From NCBI GenBank assembly GCA_963775425.1, contig CAVZJB010000011.1, positions 288,001-352,000 on the forward strand: a stretch of 64,000 bases of DNA, read 5' to 3'. The stretch comes from an uncultured delta proteobacterium. GTDB taxonomy: Bacteria; Myxococcota; UBA727; VGSZ01. Positions 11,001 through 18,800 of the stretch are shown here, one piece after another. Numbering within the stretch: the stretch's first letter is position 1; each line of letters opens with the position of its first letter. Under the pieces are notes generated by a model. The model had not been told where the DNA came from. It made no database searches and worked only from the letters and a program-made list of their open reading frames with translations. Both the position numbers and the translations under genes were made by a program.

Positions 11001-12418
11001 CGGAGAACCTCTACAAGCGGCGTGACATCCCGGTGCGCGACTGGCTGCGCAACGAGACCCTGCTTCGGGCGTTCGTCGGCTCGTACGACAACATCGCCGA
11101 CCTCCGCGACTCGGGCCTCCTCGACGACGACGGCCGCGCTCCCAAGGTGGCCGTGCCGTACGGCTACTGCTCCGACGCGTACGCCTGGGGCGGCGGCCTC
11201 ACCTGCAACCGCTTCGACATGGGCGTGACCTCGAAGGAGATCGTCTCCAACGCGGGCCAGATGTACGAGTTCTACTACCCGTTCCAGGCCTTCCGCGGCG
11301 AGCGCGTGCTCGCCAACCAGTGGTCCTGGCCGTCGTCGTACATGAGCCGCCTGTACTCGCGCACGTACCAGCCGATGCTCAACGCGTTCCGCTACTTCTA
11401 CTTCTATCGCCGCTCCTCCTCCGGCATCTTCCCGGCGGTGCGCGATTGGGCGGAGGCTTCGCTCATCGGCATGAACTTCTTTGCGCGCGTGATCCAGACG
11501 CCGGACGTCGGGACCTACTGCAAGAACAGCGCGGGTGAATTCGTTCCGCAGGCGCAGTCCGATGACGGGTGCGCGGACTCCGTCGAGCTCGGCATCGACG
11601 ACGGCCGCGTCTACAACACCAACTGGAACCTCGACTACGACTTCCAGCCGCTGAACATCGGCAACTTCTGGGACAAGTACCTCGCCATCAATGCGCTCAC
11701 CGACAGCGACGCGTTCTTCTTCCGCGACTTCTCGTCGTTGACGAACCGCGGCGCCTTCAGCATCGGCTACTACCGGGTGTTCCAGCCCGAGATGCTGAAG
11801 CTGTTCGGCGGCATGATGCGCGGCGATGCTTCGACCTTCACGCCGCGCGTGGTGGTGGACCCGGACACGCACACGCCGCAGGTGATCTACCAGCCCTTCG
11901 TGCAGACCGACGTCTACGGCCAGCCCATCGACCCCGATCCGTCGCTCTCCGCGGGCGACCCCATCCTGCCGGCGCAGAGCTACCAGCTCCGTCTGCAGGC
12001 CGCGTACATCGGCATGGTGAACCTGAGCTCCACGCTGGACCAGACCATGGACTTCGCCCAGCGCGCGCGCATCACCATCGCCGGATCGCAGTCGGATCCG
12101 ACCCACGATGCCTCGGTGCCGACGCTGGACTTCACCGACCCGAACTCGGGCATCGTCTATCGCTCCGCGGAGATCGACGGGCCTGACGCCTCGGTCGGCT
12201 TCCGGCTCCTGAGCGACGCCAAGACGCTCGCCGAGGGTGACTGGGCGGACGCCCAGGCCGCGCTCAACACCGTCAACGCGGACCCGAACGCCACGCAGGC
12301 CGAGAAGGACCAGGCGCAGGTGAACTTCAATGTGCAGGACCAGAAGCTCAACGAGAAGGTCCAGCTCATCGACTTCGTCGTCTACGCCGGCAACGCGTTC
12401 GAGTACTCCGGCGGCTGA
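8057..12418 (+). CDS. Large zinc-dependent metalloprotease lipoprotein (metzincin, EcxA-like), paralog 2 (1453 aa)
   Basis: RBS AAGGAGG; lipobox LATAGC; HELGHTFGLRHN at 10499-10534; SSIMDY; colinear similarity to paralog 1 (EWY.RTTVVD, IRWE.TE, HFDIK.G, RFGFF, NDCN.D.V, DP.TGE..SG.ANI). Confidence 0.85.
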   Translation: MKNNTSFGTNGANTMNRNVKTLAVSLLGAAAMCGALATAGCGEAIDINHVGPNVVDKKIFDGEWYFRTTVVDKQANDVTTILGDQGGLERIRWEITEGFLIAHRSYERVPGTDPSNPGDGNVIAMFGIKKHFDIKRGYNPTNGVETNVIEENDFDRPWWQRDYMRVDWSRNLADTFDVSSSLWEGATVTHNANNDPTYPYKLRITPDYIETTLDTIQQPDPYVCYYLDGVSPCNGAAVKMKLSFRKIDPSDDYVPLDYPDFTTPQVGNLHRFDDDAPIFASLQDSQGRFVPRLCTSDEVGPEGTAEFDVVVQNGNTRMCNPDPFTGDAVNGIDCETIEAKCEGMEPLSFTAGPEDVSIPCNTAVSDPDSCFQFTIPLFQRFGFFRTDRFVYDRENGNTLAGRERLINRWNIWKKSRADDGTILPESARETKPIVYYLNVGFPPDMLPAATELQNEWNTVFQSTVASAQGKHVADVTQQMFEIRQNDCNIDHVNQFAKDHDLTNALHDNGIMEVAFGNLEQSCAVLEDATQKQHALDPSVEVFTWEQLGDLRYSFVDWVLRPEFGAGGLLGFGPSSADPQTGEIVSGVANIYGANIDTYANWGADIVDLLNGKITEGDIINGTQIREHVEAVRNRWSKKIPDAQVTGFERLFDQRTRSMSDDQYLKPMPLTAVNANFDKLANSGIEEQYLVTNEMLKMFGQDYEAQSQGRITDKMMHNAKPSTWLRTTVPQLAYDSQTGLNNDDPNAMMRDSHVIGLAGKFDSFADYLGRSNHCYLAGQVEPAVADLAASLKEENLSREELVKKIRENIFIAVTAHELGHTFGLRHNFEGSADPLNFFPQFWDVDATALDADHQHELSKSPRKSEQQYSSIMDYHQRFNSDWGGLGLYDEAAIKFGYAQRVEIFDEGQTNGNFVSRDWINSLFILDPYSLPYLVGGQTDAATGGSTADDKIGHAYTDTLNRYENGDEYTVLDIPNESGLRPHPENLYKRRDIPVRDWLRNETLLRAFVGSYDNIADLRDSGLLDDDGRAPKVAVPYGYCSDAYAWGGGLTCNRFDMGVTSKEIVSNAGQMYEFYYPFQAFRGERVLANQWSWPSSYMSRLYSRTYQPMLNAFRYFYFYRRSSSGIFPAVRDWAEASLIGMNFFARVIQTPDVGTYCKNSAGEFVPQAQSDDGCADSVELGIDDGRVYNTNWNLDYDFQPLNIGNFWDKYLAINALTDSDAFFFRDFSSLTNRGAFSIGYYRVFQPEMLKLFGGMMRGDASTFTPRVVVDPDTHTPQVIYQPFVQTDVYGQPIDPDPSLSAGDPILPAQSYQLRLQAAYIGMVNLSSTLDQTMDFAQRARITIAGSQSDPTHDASVPTLDFTDPNSGIVYRSAEIDGPDASVGFRLLSDAKTLAEGDWADAQAALNTVNADPNATQAEKDQAQVNFNVQDQKLNEKVQLIDFVVYAGNAFEYSGG

Positions 12419-12440
12419 CGCCGTCGCCCTCGGGCAACGC

Positions 12441-12485
12441 GCGGCCCCCTCGACCCTGCGGGGAACGAGGGGGCCGCTCTTTTTT
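12441..12485 (+). terminator. Rho-independent terminator of the barrel-protease operon
   Basis: Perfect 12-bp stem GCGGCCCCCTCG (12441-12452) / CGAGGGGGCCGC (12466-12477) followed by TCTTTTTT. Confidence 0.85.
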
Positions 12486-12493
12486 GCCCGTGC

Positions 12494-15400
12494 TCAGAAC
12501 AGGTAGCCGAGCGTGATGTAGTACTGGCTCGTCCCGCGGGGCGGCGAGAACGCGTAGTCGAACGCGAGCGGGCCGACCGGCGTCACCAGCCGGAGCCCGG
12601 CGCCCAAGGACCACGCGTAGCGCGGGTCCTGCACGGAGGCGGCCGGCGCAGTGACGTCGAAGTCGTCGGTACTGCCGCCGGCGTCGGCGAAGAGCGCGCC
12701 CTGGAGGTCGCCCAGGAAGAGCTGCTTCACGAGCGTGGTGCGCACCTCGAGGTTGGCGTTGCCGCCGTAGAGCCCGGGCCGCACCTGGAAGCTCTGTTGG
12801 CCCGCGTCGTCGAGCACGGGCTTGAGGCGGGTGTCGTACACGGGGCCGAAGACGCCGATCTCGTTCTCCCTCACGCCGCGCACGCTGCGCTCGCCGCCGA
12901 GGAGCAGCAGGTCGTTCTGCATGAGCGCCCACTCGCACCCGAGGTTCGTGCCTGGGCACTTGACCGCGACCGAGGCCCCGACGCGGGCGCGCACCCCCGC
13001 CGCGAAGGTCACGCGGTCGAAGAAGCTCAGGTAGGCGCGACCGGCGAAGCCGAACACGGCGTACGGCCCGTGCTCCACGAACGGCGGTGTGGAGGCGCGG
13101 ACAAAGGCGTCGACACCGAAGCCGCGCTTGGGGTCGAAGGGGTTGTCGACGTCGTTGTAGGAGATCCGGGGGGTGAGCGTCGCGACCCGCGTGGGGTCCA
13201 CCTGCACCGACGTCAAGAGCCCGTCGATGGTCTGGAGCGCCTCCTGCGAAAACGGCGGGATGGGTGAGGCGGCGAGGTCGAGCCAGTCGTAGCGCAGCTC
13301 GACCGTCACGCCGAGCGTGAGCTTGTCGTCGACGACGGGGGCGATGTTCTGGAGGCGCCAGTCGAGCGACAGCGAGCCGCCGACGGAGAACAGGCGTCGT
13401 CGCAGGTCAGGTGCCTCCCACGCCGCCGTCGCCTTCTGCCCCGCCGTCGTCGACGGAATGGTGAGCCGCGCGCCCGCCGGCGTGTCGAAGTACGTCAGCG
13501 CGAGCGGGATGAACGACGCGCTGATGTCCGAGCCGAAGATGCGCGGCCAGCGAACCTGGCCCTTGGTCTGGCTGAGGCGGCCGACGAACAGCCCGAAGTC
13601 GAGCGACCAATCGGCGTCGAGCATGGTGCCGAAGAGGTTCTTGTGGCGCACCTCCGTGCGCAGCGACAGGAGCTGCTCGGTGGAGAAGCCGATGGAGGTG
13701 TCTACGGTGAACGCCGGCCGCTCCGCCACCGTGAGCGACACCGCCGCGCGGTTGTTGCCGAAGCTGCCGTCGAGGCCGAGGTAGCGGAGCTGGACGCTGT
13801 CGTAGAGGCCGCTGCGGCGCAGGCGCGAGATGCCTTTGCCGAGCGCGATGGGGTCGAGGGGCTCTCCGACCTTCCCGTCGAGGCCGGCCTCGCGCAACAA
13901 CACGCCGCGCTGGGTCACGAAGTTGCCCGAGACGAAGACCTCGCCGAGGAGCACCTGGCGCACGTTGTTGGTGCGCGGGTGCGCCCGTTGCTCCGCCGTG
14001 GCGTTGGGCGGCAGCACTGTGATGCGGACGCGCGTGCCGTCGGCGCCGAACGCGGTCTCGAGCGACGCCTCGACGTTTGGGAAGCCGTGGCTCGCGTACA
14101 CCTGCTGCACCCGCTGCGCGTCCCCCTCGAGCTCTTCGGGGCGCAGCGGCGCGCCCTTGCAGTCCTCCGGCGTCGTCGGCGGCCGGCCCTCCTTGGTGGC
14201 GACGCCGCCGTCGCAGTGGCGGATGGCCTGGAGCACCGCGGGGGTGAGCGCGGGCGCGCCGCCGGCGAGCACCACGCCGCTCAACAGGAACGTCTCGCCC
14301 TCGTCGATGACGAAGGTGACGTCGATGTGCCCGCCGTCGTCCAGCGCGGCCGTGGCCTCGACCTCCGCCTCCGGATAGCCGCGGTCTTCGTAGAACGCCC
14401 GAATGCGCTCTTCGTCGTCGGCGAGCTGGGGCGCGGACACCGCTCCGCTGTTGCCGAAGGAGCGCACGTGCGCCGCCAGCGTCGTGTGCTTCTCGATGTC
14501 CTTGGTGGAGATGGCGTGGTTGCCGACGAAGCGCACCGAGCGCACGGCGGCGATGGGGCTGCGCTCCACCGTGTAGTCCACCACCCGCTCGCCGGGATAG
14601 CTGCGGTCGTCGACGTCGACCTTGGGCCGGATGCGCCCGCGCTGCGCCAGGTACTTCTCGACGTTCTGCGCCGTGACGCCGATCTCCGTCTCGTCGATGG
14701 CGCCGGCTTGCTGGAACGTGAGCGTCTGAAACAGGCGGCCCTCGACGAGGTCCGTGTCGAGGGCTCTGTTGGGCGGCGCGTCGGCGATGATCTGGAAGAG
14801 GCGCGAGAACGGCTCCGCGAACGTCTCCCGCAGCCACAGCACCGACGACTCGAACAGCACCGGCGTCTCCGCGATGGGCTTCTCCCCGGGCTGTACGTGA
14901 AAGCGCACCGTCACCTGGGTGCCCGCCTCGACGTCGACGACGAGGTTCACGCACTGCGGCGGCGGCTTGAGCCCGTGGTTCTTGTAGCTCTGAAGGTCCT
15001 TGCCGCTCAGCGCGCACTTCGCGACGTCGGCGTGGGCGGGGTCGACGAATTGCGGGGTCACGCGGATGCGGGCTTCGGGGTAGCCGCGCGCGTGCAAGAC
15101 GTCGGTGAAGTGCTCGATGGTGGCCTGAAGGCGTCGTTTGTTGAAGCACGCGGTGCGCAGCCCCATGAAGAAGCCGTCGAGCGCGCCCTCGCTGGTCAGG
15201 CACATGTGCCCGAACGCCTCTTGCAGTTGCCGCTGGCTGAGCGGCTCCCAGCGCCGCAGATCCACGCGGTGGACGTCGACGAAGGCGCCGCCGCGCACGC
15301 GCACGGTCACGTTGTATTCGCCGGGCTCCTTGGCCCGGCGCACGAGGAGACGCACGCGCGCGCCCATGAAGCCCTCACGGTCGAGGTACTCCTCGATGCG

Positions 15401-15865
15401 CTGCCGCTGCCGCACCAGGCGGCTGCGACCTCCGGCCTCCTCCTCATCGAGCGGCTCGCCGGGCTTCAAGAAGATGCGCTTGCGCACGTCGCTCTCGAGG
15501 AGCGCGCGCGGCAGCCCCTCGATCTTCACCTCACGGAGCACGCGCGCGCGCCACAAGGTGCACTGGACGATGCCGTCGCCGGCCTCGGCGCAGCGGGCCC
15601 TGCGATAGCGGCGGACGGCGTCGAGGCGGGCCTGGGCCTCGTCCACCACGGTGGCGTCGAGGGGGTTGCCGACGAGATCCGCGAGGAAGCGATCGAGCTG
15701 CTCGCGCTCCCCTGCGCTCAGCCGCTCGGCCTTGTAACGAAAGCCCGCGACGGTGCCGCCGCGGGCCCCCGGCGTCGCGCTCTTGGCCGCGGCGGGGTCG
15801 GCGGGGACAACGGCGCCGGGACCGGCGCCCGTCGCGACGAGCAGGGTGAGGAGCAGGGGCGTCAT
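12494..15865 (-). CDS. Omp85-family outer membrane protein (TamA/BamA-like) with multiple POTRA domains (1123 aa)
   Basis: ATG 15865 overlaps the tamB stop (ATGA); signal peptide; POTRA-like repeats (VRSVRFVGNHAI, FYEDRGYPEAEV); barrel motifs NPFDPKRG, GGERSVRG, GAGLRLVTPVGPLAFDY; terminal Phe. Confidence 0.85.
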   Translation of the reverse strand: MTPLLLTLLVATGAGPGAVVPADPAAAKSATPGARGGTVAGFRYKAERLSAGEREQLDRFLADLVGNPLDATVVDEAQARLDAVRRYRRARCAEAGDGIVQCTLWRARVLREVKIEGLPRALLESDVRKRIFLKPGEPLDEEEAGGRSRLVRQRQRIEEYLDREGFMGARVRLLVRRAKEPGEYNVTVRVRGGAFVDVHRVDLRRWEPLSQRQLQEAFGHMCLTSEGALDGFFMGLRTACFNKRRLQATIEHFTDVLHARGYPEARIRVTPQFVDPAHADVAKCALSGKDLQSYKNHGLKPPPQCVNLVVDVEAGTQVTVRFHVQPGEKPIAETPVLFESSVLWLRETFAEPFSRLFQIIADAPPNRALDTDLVEGRLFQTLTFQQAGAIDETEIGVTAQNVEKYLAQRGRIRPKVDVDDRSYPGERVVDYTVERSPIAAVRSVRFVGNHAISTKDIEKHTTLAAHVRSFGNSGAVSAPQLADDEERIRAFYEDRGYPEAEVEATAALDDGGHIDVTFVIDEGETFLLSGVVLAGGAPALTPAVLQAIRHCDGGVATKEGRPPTTPEDCKGAPLRPEELEGDAQRVQQVYASHGFPNVEASLETAFGADGTRVRITVLPPNATAEQRAHPRTNNVRQVLLGEVFVSGNFVTQRGVLLREAGLDGKVGEPLDPIALGKGISRLRRSGLYDSVQLRYLGLDGSFGNNRAAVSLTVAERPAFTVDTSIGFSTEQLLSLRTEVRHKNLFGTMLDADWSLDFGLFVGRLSQTKGQVRWPRIFGSDISASFIPLALTYFDTPAGARLTIPSTTAGQKATAAWEAPDLRRRLFSVGGSLSLDWRLQNIAPVVDDKLTLGVTVELRYDWLDLAASPIPPFSQEALQTIDGLLTSVQVDPTRVATLTPRISYNDVDNPFDPKRGFGVDAFVRASTPPFVEHGPYAVFGFAGRAYLSFFDRVTFAAGVRARVGASVAVKCPGTNLGCEWALMQNDLLLLGGERSVRGVRENEIGVFGPVYDTRLKPVLDDAGQQSFQVRPGLYGGNANLEVRTTLVKQLFLGDLQGALFADAGGSTDDFDVTAPAASVQDPRYAWSLGAGLRLVTPVGPLAFDYAFSPPRGTSQYYITLGYLF

Positions 15866-18800
15866 TCTTCGAAGAGCCTCAGCGAGAGCCGCAGGTCCCC
15901 GCCGCTGGGGCCGCCGGTGCTGCCCTCGAGCGAGAGGTTCTTGCCGATCGGGAGGTGGTCGTAGATGAGCAGCCGCAGGCGGACGCCCTGGTCGGTGGTG
16001 GACGCCGCGTTGAGCGTCGTGGCCGTCCCCGACGTCGCCGTGGTGGCCGCGGTGTTCACGTAGGTGAGCCCCTGCGCGCCCTGTTGGTTGACGATGAGGC
16101 CGGGTCCTTCGAGCTGCAGGCGGCGGCCGAGCTGCCAGCGCCAGCCGCCGATGTCGAGGTTCACCTCGCCGCCGAAGGTCTGCTGTGCGAGCTGCTCGAG
16201 CTCCGCGGTGACCGGCGCCGTGGCCTCGCTGGTGAGCGCGCGCAAGGCGATGTTGACGTCGCGGTTTTGCACCGTGTCCTCGATGGTGCGCCCGAACAGG
16301 ATGAAGCCGAGGAGCTCCGAGCGCGTCCACTCGCGCTGCGGATCGGTCGCCGAGAGGTCGAGGGTGATGCCCTTCTTCAAGTCGCCGTCGAGGAAGAGGT
16401 CCACGGGGATCTCGGTGTCGTTGGTGCCGGCGGCGCCCGGGGGGATCTCCGTTCGTGCCGTGGCGTGCACCAACGGGTTGAGCTTCCCGTCGACGGCGGT
16501 GGGGAACTCGATCTGCATCTCCACGACCTCGAAGCGCGCGCGCGGGAAGTCGACGGTGCCCTCTTCGACCTCGACGGCGCCGTCGAGGCGCGGCACACGC
16601 AGGGTGTTCTTGAGCTGGAGATCGCCTCGCAGCGTCAGGTCGGCGTCGAAGTTGGCCATGTTGGCGCGGACGCGGAAGCCCTGCAGGGACAGCCCCACGT
16701 CGAGCTCCAGGTTTTCGAGGCCGAGCGGCGTGAGCGTGACGTACAGCGGGTCGCTCGCCTTGTCCGGCGGCGCCTGGAGGATGAAGTTCCGGAGCTCGAA
16801 GGTCTTGCGGTAGAGGCCCTCGGTGACCTCGACGCGGCCCTTGAGCCTGGGCGCCGCCTCGTCGCCCTCGAGCGTGAGGTCGAGCGCTCCCTCGGCGCGG
16901 CCGGTGGGCAGCTTGAAGACGAGGTTGCTGCCGGACGCGACGAGGTCCCAATGCGCGACGTAGCCGCGGTCGCTTTGCCGCGCGGTGCGCACGTCGGCGA
17001 GGCCGTTGAGCGTGAGGTCGCCGTCGCCGACGCGGGCCTTGAGCCCCTTGGCGTTCACGCGGATGAGCCCGTCGGCGTTGTCGGCGAGGGGAGCGAAGGC
17101 GACGCTGCCGCCGGTGAACGTGATGACCTCGCCGAGCGCGCGCGGCGTGACGACGGCGCCGCTGTTGGGCGTGAAGGTGCCTTCGACGCTGATGCCCTTG
17201 TCGTAGCGCCCGCGCACCACGAGAGAGGTCTGCGCGGTGCCGCTCGCGTTGGCGATCTGCGGCGTGAACGCCTTGGCGATGCCGAGCCCGACGCTGCCCT
17301 TCACGTTCAGGTCGATGTCCTCGATGCCGACGGAGCCGGCCACGACGACGTCGACGTCGCCGCTCGGCGACGCGAAGCGCGCCGGCGTGACGAGCTTGAC
17401 GCGGCGATCGGCGTAGAGCACCTCGGAGGTGCCGGCGAGATCGGCGCGCAGCGAGCCCGGCGGTTGCACGCTGGCCTCGAGGAGCGTCGCCTCGGCGCGG
17501 ATGTCGACGGGCTTCCCCTCGGCCTTCACGATCTGCGCGTCCGCGCGCGCCTTGGCCCCGACGGAGAGATCGCGGGCCGCGAGCGCCGGCAGCAGGTCCT
17601 CGAGCCGTGGCTCCTCCACCTGGCCGACCACCGCCAGGTCGAACGTGCCGTGCAGGCCGTCGACGTCGCCGACGATGGTCGCCCACACGCGTTCGCCCGC
17701 GGTGCACGGCGACTCCGCCTCCCCGGCCGGCGCCCCGAGGGGGGGCGGGGGCGTCGATGGCGCCGCGCTCGTGGGCGCCGGCGCCTTCGCCGGCGTCGCC
17801 GGCTCCGGCGTGAAAGCACAGATGCGCGCGTTGAGGGAGCCTCCGTCCATGCGCGCGTCGACGAGCAACGGGCCAAGGGGGCGCATGACCGCGGGCGCGG
17901 GTCCCTGCGTCTCCGTGCTGCCCGGGCTCGCGCGCGCGACCGCCACCTCAGGGGAGCGCAGGTGCAGGCGCATGTCGAGCGCCTCGAGCGGTCCGGAGAC
18001 GTCGACGGCGCCGGTGGCGAAGCCCTCGAGCGGTGAGACCGCCTTGCCGAGCTGCGTTGTGAACGGCGACAGGTCGACGTTCTGCATCTCGGCGTGCGCG
18101 TTCACGATCCGCCGCTCCACCGCGTACGACGACACGACGTCCCACGCGCCGCGGCTGCCCTCGAGGTGCGCGGCGAGCGTGGCTACGTGGCTCCGCGGCG
18201 CCCCGCCGGGCGTCGCCTTGCCGCGCGGCGCACCCGCGGCGCCCGCTGCCTCGGGCCGGTACGTGACGTCGACGGCGCCGGCGCCCAGCTGCTGATCGCC
18301 GACGCTCACGTCTGTGGCGCCGAGCCGCGCGACGACCTCGGGCTCCTTGGCGTCGCCGCTGATGATCACCAGGCCCTGCGCGGTGCCGCCGAATCGCGCC
18401 TTCCGGGCGGCCTGGATGCCGGCGAGCGCGAGCGACTCCACGTGGGCGTGCCCCTCGATGACGAGGTCGGGCAACGTCAAACGCACGTCGTCGGTGTGCG
18501 CGCGCACGACGCCGCCGCGGACGTCCGCGTAGGTCACCTGCAGCAAATTCTTGCTCACGGTGGCGCGCGCCGTGGCGGCGCCGAGGTCCTCACCGGAGAC
18601 CTCGAGCCCGCCCGCGGCCGCCCGCAGCGCGACGACGGGGTTGTCGACGGTGCCGCCCAGGACGGCCTCGACGTCGGCGACGCCCGCCAGGAGAGACGGC
18701 TCGCCGTCCGCGCTCGTGCGGCCCGCGCCGAGCGCGATGCGCGCGAGGTCGGCGCGTGCCACGCGGACGGTGCCGGCAAGGGCGCGCCTGTCCTTGAGCT

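Noticed and set aside
3279-12106. Long minus-strand ORFs (3279-7832, 7994-10618, 10631-12106) opposite the proteases
   Set aside because: Antisense shadows of strongly biased codons; no motifs. The + strand has RBSs, lipoboxes and catalytic motifs.
15866-17707. N-terminal extension of the 1737-aa ORF suggesting a giant Omp85 fusion
   Set aside because: Arg-rich off-frame read of tamB; the real start is ATG 15865 with a signal peptide.
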